Origin: Pseudomonadota bacterium
Lineage (GTDB): Bacteria; Bdellovibrionota_B; Oligoflexia; Oligoflexales; CAIMVM01
Reading direction: 5' to 3'
Length of the DNA stretch: 28,825 nt
NCBI GenBank assembly: GCA_037142195.1
Contig: JBAXBA010000042.1
Location: 1-28,825 of the forward strand
Shown here: positions 8,243-16,775 of the stretch, piece by piece
Numbering within the stretch: the first letter of the stretch is position 1
Layout of the letters: the number at the start of each line of letters is the position of its first letter
The notes under the pieces: generated by a model
What the model saw: the letters and a program-made list of their open reading frames with translations, nothing else
Databases searched by the model: none
Told to the model about the DNA's origin: nothing
Position numbers and translations under genes: made by a program

Positions 8243-9253
8243 TCACTTGAGTTCTTGGCTCAGATGATCACGGTCAGCAATCATGGCTGACGTATAAAGA
8301 TCTTTAAACTTCTGGATAAACTCCACGCGATTATAATTGTAAGCTAATGTGTGGATACCGTTTTCAAAAAAGACAATCCTCTTATCCAAGCTCTTCGGCA
8401 ATCGATCGAAATAGGCTAATGCATCTTGCTTAGAAATATAAGGATCACCTGCCACGTTGACAATTAAGGTAGGCGTTGCAAATTCGGGGAGAACCTCATT
8501 GGCATCGCATACATTTAAATCAAAACCATCTTTCCAAGATCGCATTTTCAGAGCTAGAAACGTTATAGGGCGAGCTAAGCTAGGAACCGTTGTTATTACA
8601 TTGCCGATGGGTGCCTCTAAAAGAATGGCTTTTACACCCAAAGCTCGCATTTCTTTTTCTGCACGTGCCACAGCCATGGTCCCCATAGAGACTGCCGTGA
8701 CAAAGATCGGAGCTCTGGGATACATCTCTCGAAGGCGTTTGACAACGGCGACCACATCATGGGATTCTCGGCACCCCCAGAAGGCGCCATGACCATCATT
8801 TGTGGATTCGCCATGGTTTGAAAGATCCATCCCCACGAGTCTTAAATTTAAGGCATTAGCAGATTCAATATATCTTGCTGCAGAGAGCCAATCCCCCGTA
8901 ATCCCATGTACATGAAGCCAAATGGGAGTCTCATCAGAAAGGGTCGCAATTTTTTGATCATTAAAGAGTTTAAAATGAATCTGAAACCCATTGGCGGACG
9001 GGACAAAAAAGTCCTGGCTTGGATAGTTTAATGCAATTTGGCAGCTAGGATTTATAGGGTCACCCTCCCCATATTGAAACTCAAATTGAGTATGCCAATT
9101 GCGACAAATAGGCTTATGAACCGATTGATGAACCATACCGTCATCGCCAGGAATATGACGGTAGCGAAGCACCTGTTCCATAAAATAGACCGAGCCTAGG
9201 ACAAACATGAGAATGGGGATGAGGATAAAATATAACTTGGATTTTACTTTCAA
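8243..9253 (-). CDS. Membrane-anchored alpha/beta hydrolase
   Basis: N-terminal TM helix; VHG oxyanion motif, NHGES, nucleophile elbow AVSMG, GDPY Asp, GIH His. Confidence 0.8.
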   Translation of the reverse strand: MKVKSKLYFILIPILMFVLGSVYFMEQVLRYRHIPGDDGMVHQSVHKPICRNWHTQFEFQYGEGDPINPSCQIALNYPSQDFFVPSANGFQIHFKLFNDQKIATLSDETPIWLHVHGITGDWLSAARYIESANALNLRLVGMDLSNHGESTNDGHGAFWGCRESHDVVAVVKRLREMYPRAPIFVTAVSMGTMAVARAEKEMRALGVKAILLEAPIGNVITTVPSLARPITFLALKMRSWKDGFDLNVCDANEVLPEFATPTLIVNVAGDPYISKQDALAYFDRLPKSLDKRIVFFENGIHTLAYNYNRVEFIQKFKDLYTSAMIADRDHLSQELK

Positions 9254-10257
9254 CCGACAATCTCCTTAATAGCATGAAGTTGCACCTCAACATCTCTGAT
9301 TTGACCGAGCCAATAATCATGTGTTCCAAAGTGAGGAAACGACCTAGGAAAAGCTGGGTCTGACCAACGTTTGGCGATCCAAGCGCTGTAGTACACATAT
9401 CTGAGAAACCTTAAAACTTCAACAAGCTTTAACTGATCCCGATCTATCCGCGCCATATCTTCATAGCCTTGAAGAAGCCATTTCATTTGCTGAATTCCAT
9501 ACTCATCTGTACCCGAAACTAAAAGCCACAGGTCCTGAATTTTAGGTGCGACAACCATATCATCAAAATCCACAAAAAACAGCCCTCCCGTACCTGACAG
9601 AACATTGCCGAGATGGCAATCACCATGGATAGCTTGAAGTTCGATACCAGCAAACAAATCTTTAGAAAGATCGGTAGCCTTTGCGGCAAGATCTAGGTAG
9701 CGGTTCTCTAACTCTAGAGGAATCACCGATTGATTATAGAGCCAATCGATATTGTCTGAGCCATAGGTCTCGGGAGTAAGCTCTGGTCGACGCTGAGGCG
9801 AAAGAGATTTTCCGACAACATGCATTCTTGCGATGAGGCGGCCCATCTTACGGTAGTCTTCCTGGCTCAACTCATCGGGGCTTCTACCTCCGATTCGGGG
9901 AAAGACAACCGCCAAAATTCCAGATTCAGGATCCCTCGCAATAGTCTTTCCACTTTCAAATAGAAGGGGCGCTGCCACGGGAACTTCATTTGCCACCAAG
10001 GCCTGAAGAAATGCATGTTCTTCCTCTACACTTTCTAGGCTCCACCTGCCAGGCCTTAGAAATTTGATCACTCTAAATTGGTCATACTTGGTGGTGGGAT
10101 TTTCACATTCAATTTCCACTTCAAAAACGCGATTTTCCATGCTGTTTAGTTGCAATACGCGCCCCGTAGCCTTAACGCCTGTGCGTTCCACCATAGCTAA
10201 TACCCTATCGGGGGTAATTTCCAGAAAGGAATGTGTAGATAAACTAGACTGAGTCAT
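9250..10257 (-). CDS. srkA: Stress response Ser/Thr kinase SrkA (YihE/RdoA)
   Basis: LNSMENRV, KFLRPGRWS, EEHAF, HGDCHLGN, VDFDD, QDLW, RWSDPAFPRSFP. Confidence 0.92.
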   Translation of the reverse strand: MTQSSLSTHSFLEITPDRVLAMVERTGVKATGRVLQLNSMENRVFEVEIECENPTTKYDQFRVIKFLRPGRWSLESVEEEHAFLQALVANEVPVAAPLLFESGKTIARDPESGILAVVFPRIGGRSPDELSQEDYRKMGRLIARMHVVGKSLSPQRRPELTPETYGSDNIDWLYNQSVIPLELENRYLDLAAKATDLSKDLFAGIELQAIHGDCHLGNVLSGTGGLFFVDFDDMVVAPKIQDLWLLVSGTDEYGIQQMKWLLQGYEDMARIDRDQLKLVEVLRFLRYVYYSAWIAKRWSDPAFPRSFPHFGTHDYWLGQIRDVEVQLHAIKEIVG

Positions 10258-10393
10258 AAAGTGCTCCCAGATTCAGTGTAAATCGAAACGTCTCGAGATG
10301 AAATTGAAGATTTCTTAAGGCTACGCTTATTTAAAGATTTTCTTGCTGATGAAAGGAAGACTTTTCGAGCAAACCACCGAACCTTGTCCCAGA

Positions 10394-11437
10394 TTAGGAC
10401 GCGTTTTTGATGGTCCAACAACGGCGGTGGTTTTCTACCTTAGAGTAGTCCACCAATGATTTAGAATGGCGGTAAGAAGAACATATACAGGCTCTGCCAA
10501 GGCTTTTGGCACGATATAGGTTTTGGTCTGCTTCCTTAATGAGTTCGATGGCTTCTTTAACTTCTAGCTTGGAAGGTCCAAAAGTAGAAACTCCAATCGA
10601 GGCCGTGACCGAAGCTTCAAAATGATCCATGGTAAATAGTTTCTGTGAAATAGCTTTTTCAAGCTTCTGGGCCACCCGCCAAGCACCTTCGTCGCTCGTA
10701 TGCGGAAGAAGGATGATGTATTCGTCACCCCCAAACCGCGCGCCGAAATCTTGGCTACGTAGAACCTCAATGACGATTTTTCCAATTTCTGCTAAAACAT
10801 GGCTACCCATGAGGTGATTCGAATGGTCATTTACATTTTTAAAGAAGTCCAAATCGAACATGATTAAACTTAGTTGCAAATCATGGCGTTTGCTCCTTGA
10901 AAATTCTTGGGCAAGACGACTCTTAAAGCTTCTCATGTTCAGCAAACCTGTCAAATCGTCCACTTCGGAGAGAACCCGTAACTTTTGATTCATCTCAAGT
11001 AATTCACGATTCGAACGCAATATGGTTTGATGCATATATTTGATTCTGAGCGCACAGCGAACTCGCGACGGAAGTTCTAAATGGGCGTGTTTTTTCGAAC
11101 AAAAATCATCTCCGCCCGCGTCTAAACAGAGACTTACATCTTGGGGAGAATCGTCCCCAGATAGAAAGATAATGGCAACGTAGCTATCATCTTTTGCTTG
11201 ATGACGAATGCGTCGGCACACCTCATGGCCGCTCATTTGAGGCATATTCACATCTAGAAGAATCAGGTCGGGATGGAGGGATTCAAGGCAATTCAATCCT
11301 TCGGGACCTGAGTAGGCATGAAAATAGCTCAGCTTTGCGCCGGGCGCTGGAGGATTCTCGTCCAATATCATTTTGAAGATTTCATGCAGATCTGGCGAAT
11401 CATCAATAATTAATATTTTTAAACCGTTTGACTCCAT
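10394..11437 (-). CDS. Response regulator diguanylate cyclase (REC-GGDEF)
   Basis: REC domain (IIDD, LLDVNMP); DDLTGL, DLDFFKNVND, RxxD I-site (RSQD), RFGGDEY, LYRAK. Confidence 0.92.
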   Translation of the reverse strand: MESNGLKILIIDDSPDLHEIFKMILDENPPAPGAKLSYFHAYSGPEGLNCLESLHPDLILLDVNMPQMSGHEVCRRIRHQAKDDSYVAIIFLSGDDSPQDVSLCLDAGGDDFCSKKHAHLELPSRVRCALRIKYMHQTILRSNRELLEMNQKLRVLSEVDDLTGLLNMRSFKSRLAQEFSRSKRHDLQLSLIMFDLDFFKNVNDHSNHLMGSHVLAEIGKIVIEVLRSQDFGARFGGDEYIILLPHTSDEGAWRVAQKLEKAISQKLFTMDHFEASVTASIGVSTFGPSKLEVKEAIELIKEADQNLYRAKSLGRACICSSYRHSKSLVDYSKVENHRRCWTIKNAS

Positions 11438-11486
11438 AGCCTCACTTCCCAAATACTCCTCTAGATGGACCGGCAACCTAGATTTC

Positions 11487-11514
11487 CTATCGGTGGCCCA
11501 GTTTTCAATCTTAA
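11487..11514 (-). promoter_or_regulatory. sigma28-like promoter of the REC-GGDEF gene
   Basis: TTAA(G)-N16-ACCGATAG on the minus strand, 49 nt upstream of the ATG. Confidence 0.5.
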
Positions 11515-11615
11515 GAGCAAATTGAAGATGCGCCGTTTTACCCTATACTTCCAGGATCCAGGCCTAGACTCCCCCCATGACTCCATAAATCCCATTATTA
11601 TCAGCTAGTTGATCG

Positions 11616-11652
11616 ATAGCTTAATCCTATCGTTATGTTGCTATAATCAATT
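11616..11652 (+). promoter_or_regulatory. OxyR-binding site upstream of ahpCF
   Basis: Perfect ATAG-N7-CTAT at 11616-11630 followed by a degenerate second half; OxyR control of ahpCF is established in many bacteria. Confidence 0.65.
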
Positions 11653-11736
11653 TTACTTTATACCGCCAGAGGGCGATAATCCCTACATAGGCTGGAGGAC
11701 TGGTCCTCCCAGAAAACAAACAATTAGGAGAATGCA

Positions 11737-12303
11737 ATGTCAAGTATCATCAATTCCAAGATTCCAGAATTCAAAGTTCAAGCGTATCACAATGAGCAGT
11801 TCAAGACCGTTACCAACAAAGACCTAGCAGGAAAATGGTCCATTCTTTTTTTCTACCCAGCTGATTTTACTTTTGTTTGTCCCACGGAACTTGGTGACAT
11901 GGCAGATAAATATGAAGAATTTAAGAAACTGGGCGTGGAAATCTATTCCATTTCAACGGACACCCATTTTGTTCACAAAGCTTGGCACGACACTTCAGAA
12001 ACCATAAAGAAAATCAAGTACCCTATGCTTGCCGATCCCACAGGCACTCTTACGAGAGCATTCGGAGTCCATATTGAAGAGGAAGGACTCGCTTATCGAG
12101 GAACCTTTCTTGTAAACCCTGAAGGTCAAATTAAGCTTGCAGAAATCAATGATAACGGCATAGGCAGAAATGCTGAGGAAACCTTAAGAAAGACGACAGC
12201 TGCTATTTTTGTCGCAAACCACCCCAATGATGTTTGTCCTGCTAAATGGCAACCAGGAAAAGAAACCCTTAAGCCTGGCCTGAATCTTGTGGGAAAAATC
12301 TAA
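11737..12303 (+). CDS. ahpC: Alkyl hydroperoxide reductase subunit C (peroxiredoxin)
   Basis: FFYPADFTFVCPTE, DTHFVHKAWH, GIGRNA, VCPAKW, LVGKI. Confidence 0.97.
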   Translation: MSSIINSKIPEFKVQAYHNEQFKTVTNKDLAGKWSILFFYPADFTFVCPTELGDMADKYEEFKKLGVEIYSISTDTHFVHKAWHDTSETIKKIKYPMLADPTGTLTRAFGVHIEEEGLAYRGTFLVNPEGQIKLAEINDNGIGRNAEETLRKTTAAIFVANHPNDVCPAKWQPGKETLKPGLNLVGKI

Positions 12304-12385
12304 ATGAGATCCGTAGATTTTCAAGGCTCGTTTCAGCAAGCATTTTAATATCAATGACGTGGCGCTATAAAAACAGGGGGATACT

Positions 12386-13924
12386 ATGTTAGATTCATCG
12401 ACAGCTCTGCAACTCAAAGAAGTTTTGACTGGACTTAAAGCCCAAATAATACTCAAGGTAAAAGAGTCTGAACATCCTTTGCAGGCTGAACTTTTAGAGC
12501 TACTGTCAGACGTCGCTAATGCGTCGCCTCAAATCACGGTAGAACGTGAATCTAGCATATCCCCTGTGCCTACGTTCCAAATCCTAAAGAATCAAGACCG
12601 AACAGGGATTGAGTTCCGAGGGATTCCCAACGGACACGAGTTTACTTCTTTAATTCTTGCTATCTTAAATACCGATGGCACAGGCAAACTCCCCGACGAA
12701 ATCCTTCAAAAACGCATCAAAAATATCAAAGGGCCAGTGAAGATATCGACCTATATTTCTCTCACATGCGAAGTCTGTCCTGAAATCGTTCAATCTATGA
12801 ATCAAATTGCCTTGTTTGGCGAAGGTATTCTCCATGAAATGGTAGACGGTGGATTGGTCGAAGAGGAAGTAAAACGCTTGGGTGTCGCCGGGGTACCCGC
12901 AGTCTTTATAGAAGGAAAACTCTTTCATTCGGGTCGAGCCAGCTTTCTAGAATTAGTAGAAAAGCTCGAACTGCACTTGGGAAAAAAAGAGCAAGCTCAA
13001 ACGGCGGACTATGGTCAATTTGATGTAGCTGTAGTCGGAGCAGGTCCTGCAGGAGTAAGCGCTGCCATATATTCCGCGAGAAAAGGACTTAAAACCGTCC
13101 TGATCGCAGAAAAGATTGGCGGACAAGTAGCAGACACTAAAGGAATCGAAAACCTTATTTCAGTCTCTTACACCGAAGGAGCTGAACTTACCGCAAAACT
13201 TTCTGATCACATGAAGAACTACCCGATTCAAATACTTGAAAATCGTCGCGTCAAATCCATATCTGAGGCAGATCATTCCATCACTTTGACATCTTCAGAA
13301 GTTCTTAAAGCGTCGTCTATCATTATTGCAACAGGTGCTCAGTGGAGACAGCTAGGGGTGCCTGGAGAAAAGGAATATATCGGCCGCGGTGTCGCGTATT
13401 GCCCCCACTGTGATGGTCCTTACTTTAAAGACAAAAAAGTGGCTGTAGTTGGCGGGGGGAATTCAGGAGTTGAAGCAGCGATAGACTTGAGCGGTATTTG
13501 TCGAGAGGTGGTTCTATTCGAGTATATGGAATCTCTCAAGGCCGACAAAGTTTTAGTCGATAAACTAAAGTCGATTCCCAATGTCGTCATTCGAACCCAG
13601 GTGAAAGTCGACTCGGTGGAAGGTAACGGACAAAATGTAACCGCATTGATATATGAAGAACGCGTCTCTGGTTTAAAGGAAAAGGAAGTTCTAGATGGAA
13701 TATTTGTGCAAATAGGACTTTCCCCCAACAGCTCCTTTGTCAAGGACTTGGTGGAAGTTAACCCTTTTGGCGAGATCGTGGTCGACTCAAAAGGCCGCAC
13801 AAACAAAAAAGGAATTTATGCCGCAGGCGATGTTTCTACGACACCTTTCAAGCAAATCGTCATTGCGATGGGTGATGGCGCTAAGGTCGCCCTCACCGCT
13901 TTTGAAGACAGAATGAGAGCGTAG
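12386..13924 (+). CDS. ahpF: Alkyl hydroperoxide reductase subunit F
   Basis: GHEFTSLILA, N-terminal CxxC (CEVC), GAGPAG, GVAYCPHCDGP, GGGNSG, KQIVIAMG; directly downstream of ahpC. Confidence 0.96.
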   Translation: MLDSSTALQLKEVLTGLKAQIILKVKESEHPLQAELLELLSDVANASPQITVERESSISPVPTFQILKNQDRTGIEFRGIPNGHEFTSLILAILNTDGTGKLPDEILQKRIKNIKGPVKISTYISLTCEVCPEIVQSMNQIALFGEGILHEMVDGGLVEEEVKRLGVAGVPAVFIEGKLFHSGRASFLELVEKLELHLGKKEQAQTADYGQFDVAVVGAGPAGVSAAIYSARKGLKTVLIAEKIGGQVADTKGIENLISVSYTEGAELTAKLSDHMKNYPIQILENRRVKSISEADHSITLTSSEVLKASSIIIATGAQWRQLGVPGEKEYIGRGVAYCPHCDGPYFKDKKVAVVGGGNSGVEAAIDLSGICREVVLFEYMESLKADKVLVDKLKSIPNVVIRTQVKVDSVEGNGQNVTALIYEERVSGLKEKEVLDGIFVQIGLSPNSSFVKDLVEVNPFGEIVVDSKGRTNKKGIYAAGDVSTTPFKQIVIAMGDGAKVALTAFEDRMRA

Positions 13925-13949
13925 CGCGGCCTAGGGTTAAAGGTTCCCA

Positions 13950-15608
13950 CTATCGGAGTTCGCGACGCAATATTTTTCCTACGTTCGTCTTAGGAAGATC
14001 GTGACGGAATTCGACGATTTTAGGAACCTTATAGCCTGTCAAATTCTCTCGGCAATGAGCGATGACCTCTTCTTCCGTCAAATTTTCTTGTTTTTTGACA
14101 ACAAAGACTTTTACAACTTCGCCAGATTTTTCATTGGGAACACCTACAGCTGCTACTTCCAAGACTTTTGGGTGCAGAGCCACGACATCTTCAATTTCAT
14201 TGGGATAGACATTAAAACCTGAAACCAAAATCATGTCTTTCTTTCGATCCACGATTCTTAAAAGGCCCTCTTCATCACAACTGGCGATGTCTCCCGTCTT
14301 TAACCAACCATCTGCTGTCATAACTTTAGCTGTCTCATCTGGGCGATTCCAATAGCCAGCCATAACTTGCGGACCTCGAATACACAACTCACCCGCTTGT
14401 CCCATGGGTACATCTTTTTCTTGATCGTCAAGAATACGAACATCGGTAGAGCTGATAGGGAGACCGATGGCTCCTGTAAATGACGAGGAGTTCATAGGAT
14501 TGATGGCTGCAGCGGGCGAAGTTTCTGTAAGTCCATAAGCTTGAATCAAAACCACCCCAGTAGTTTTGTGCCATTTATCAGCCACAGCTTTTTGGACTGC
14601 CATACCGCCACCAAGGGCAAGTTTAAAATTAGAAAAATCTAACGTAGCAAATTCACTGTTATTCAATAGCGCATTGAACAAGGTATTAATCCCCGTAAAC
14701 GCTGAGAAACGGTGCTTGCGAAGTTCTTTAATAAATCCGGGAACATCTCTAGGATTTGTGATTAAAATGTTTTTTCCGCCAATAGCCATAAAAAGGAGAC
14801 AATTGGCCGTCAAGGAAAATATATGGTAAAGCGGAAGAGCGGTAATCACAATTTCTCGTCCATCCCCCATTAGCGGATGAACCCAAGCACCAGCTTGCAA
14901 TACATTGGCTACAATGTTGCCGTGGGTCAACATAGCGCCTTTGGAAACACCTGTGGTTCCTCCGGTATACTGTAGGAAAGCGATATCATCATGATTCAAT
15001 TTAGCCGGAACAAACTCTTTCCTTGCCCCCAGAGACATGGCATCTCTCAGCCTAATACTTTGATCAAGCTCAAATGGTGGTACCATTTTCTTTACATTTC
15101 TAATGACAAAGTCGAGTATGTTTCGCTTAATTAGAGAGTGCATCTCACCAATGGAAGTCAGAACTACTTGCTTTACTTTTGTTTTCTTAATGACAGCCTG
15201 AAGTGTGTGAGCGAAGTTTTCTACGATCACGATAGTTTCGGCTCCAGAATCCACGAGCTGATGCTCAAGTTCTCTGGGGGTATAAAGTGGATTCACATTA
15301 ACCACAATCATTCCGGCTTTTAATGCACCAAACAATACAATGGGATATTGCAAAAGATTCGGCATCATAATGGCAACCCTGCTGCCTTTTGCTAGCTTAA
15401 GATCATTAATCAAATACGAACCAAACTGCGTGGCGTAAGAATGCAGGTCCTCATAAGAGATACTCGTGCCCATACAATAAAATGACGGAGCAGACTGATA
15501 GCGCCTACAGGCCACATCAAAAATCTCTGCAACGGATGCATAGGTAGAAAGATTGATTTCATGTGGTACGCCAGGTTGATAATGTTTAAGCCAAGGCTTG
15601 GTTGTCAT
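13950..15608 (-). CDS. fadD: Long-chain fatty acid-CoA ligase
   Basis: LQYTGGTTGVSKGAMLTH, YGLTETSP, GPQVMAGYW, TGD, DRKKDMILVSGFNVYPNEIE, LPKTNVGKILRRELR. Confidence 0.93.
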   Translation of the reverse strand: MTTKPWLKHYQPGVPHEINLSTYASVAEIFDVACRRYQSAPSFYCMGTSISYEDLHSYATQFGSYLINDLKLAKGSRVAIMMPNLLQYPIVLFGALKAGMIVVNVNPLYTPRELEHQLVDSGAETIVIVENFAHTLQAVIKKTKVKQVVLTSIGEMHSLIKRNILDFVIRNVKKMVPPFELDQSIRLRDAMSLGARKEFVPAKLNHDDIAFLQYTGGTTGVSKGAMLTHGNIVANVLQAGAWVHPLMGDGREIVITALPLYHIFSLTANCLLFMAIGGKNILITNPRDVPGFIKELRKHRFSAFTGINTLFNALLNNSEFATLDFSNFKLALGGGMAVQKAVADKWHKTTGVVLIQAYGLTETSPAAAINPMNSSSFTGAIGLPISSTDVRILDDQEKDVPMGQAGELCIRGPQVMAGYWNRPDETAKVMTADGWLKTGDIASCDEEGLLRIVDRKKDMILVSGFNVYPNEIEDVVALHPKVLEVAAVGVPNEKSGEVVKVFVVKKQENLTEEEVIAHCRENLTGYKVPKIVEFRHDLPKTNVGKILRRELR

Positions 15609-15681
15609 ATAAGAAGTCCGCCATCTTTATAAAAGTTAATATCCCTTATCATAACATATAATTGCCCGATTAAGATGGCTA

Positions 15682-15716
15682 AAGCCCAAGCGAAGTGAAT
15701 TTCATTGCTTGGGCTT
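15682..15716. terminator. Inverted repeat between the asparaginase-like gene and fadD (terminator or operator)
   Basis: AAGCCCAAGC-N15-GCTTGGGCTT perfect 10-bp arms; the U-tract is weak. Confidence 0.35.
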
Positions 15717-15829
15717 CTTAGGATGCGCGCAGCGCGAAAGCACACAGGCAGCGCAATTTTTAAGCACCCCCCCCCTAACAGCACTTTCCTTGCTTTCAGG
15801 GAACAAAAAGTCATCACAAACAGACTCCC

Positions 15830-16315
15830 TCACGAAATGGATTCAAAACGCCCCGTTTGTCTATTTTTCCGAACACGGTTCCATGGAAAGCATCTGCCAT
15901 TCATGGTGATATAAACACCGGTGGGCAGAGATTGAACAAAACCAATGGAGGCCCCTAAATTAAAAGGTCCATCTGAGTTGGCAAATCTATAGGGAATCAT
16001 TGCCCCGGTCAAAACAATGGTCTTATTCAATTGAGCCGCGCCCAAAGTCTTGGCTGTGTCTTCCATGGTATCGGTACCATGAGTAATGATGACTTTAGAC
16101 TCCGCGCAGTCGACGCAAGCCTTCAGTATGGTACTACGATGATCATCAGTCATATGGAGGCTATCGAGCATCATAAGTTTTTCAACCCTTACCGGCAAAT
16201 CACTACGCCCAATTGCAAGCATTTCAGGAATATGCGTGTCTCTAAAAAAGAGTTCACCGGCCAATTCATTATACTCTTTATCAAAAGTCCCCCCGGTCAC
16301 TATAATTCGAATCAC
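15830..16315 (-). CDS. Short single-domain asparaginase-family protein
   Basis: GTG start at 16315 with GAGG SD; TGGTFDK, DSL, ITHGTDTM, VLTGAMIP, SDGPFNLG; 161 aa. Confidence 0.88.
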   Translation of the reverse strand: MIRIIVTGGTFDKEYNELAGELFFRDTHIPEMLAIGRSDLPVRVEKLMMLDSLHMTDDHRSTILKACVDCAESKVIITHGTDTMEDTAKTLGAAQLNKTIVLTGAMIPYRFANSDGPFNLGASIGFVQSLPTGVYITMNGRCFPWNRVRKNRQTGRFESIS

Positions 16316-16474
16316 GAGTATTGCCTCACTCACTAAAGGTATAGTTATTTGTCTAGCAAATTCATTTTGGAGCTCAAGAGTATCCGCAGACCACTTCTCA
16401 ACATAACAAGACGTCTCGGCTTTGACAATTGAAGAAGTCATGGGTCCCATGTCGCAATAGGAACAGAACCACCT

Positions 16475-16637
16475 TTTTGGATCGCGAGAAGTTCTTAAAA
16501 GACTTGCCACACTCAGGGACTACCGGGAGCAGTTTCCCCACGCCATTTAGCTCGCATAATAGCCCCATCATAAAAGCACCCGAAGCAGTTGTCCGCTCAC
16601 ATGGCGGGTACTTTTTAAGGCAGCTCCCGATTCTAAA
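16475..16637 (+). ncRNA. ssrS: 6S RNA (SsrS) candidate
   Basis: 163-nt rod-like fold. The closing stem GAGAAGTTC.../...GGCAGCTC resembles E. coli 6S GAGATGTTC/GGCATCTC. There is a poorly paired central region, then GGGAGC (16525-30) pairing with GCACCC (16576-81) around an A-A mismatch, as recalled for many 6S RNAs. Confidence 0.65.
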
Positions 16638-16775
16638 CGATTCGATGCTCGAAATTAGGAGAACTCAAGCCAAATCCATTTCATCTCTTCAAAATGATAG
16701 TTCCCAGACACTCTTAGGTTTGGCTACCAATCTAGATAAATGTAGGCGAAAATAGTCGAAAAAATTGCTGCGAAA

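Noticed and set aside
13925..13936. 12-mer CGCGGCCTAGGG repeated at 26650-26661
   Set aside because: A 12-bp match is expected by chance in 29 kb, and there is no extended similarity.
5832..15323. Numerous short antisense or alternate-frame ORFs inside ettA, srkA, ahpF, fadD and others
   Set aside because: Shadow ORFs fully overlapping well-supported genes.
16513..16532. TCAGG-N10-AGCAG resembling the SRP RNA domain IV
   Set aside because: The inner 10 nt do not form the required stem with a GNRA loop; 6S RNA fits better.
16316..16755. N-terminal extension of the asparaginase ORF to 16510 and the 108-aa + strand ORF 16429-16755
   Set aside because: Family similarity begins at the SD-preceded GTG at 16315; both overlap the 6S RNA candidate.
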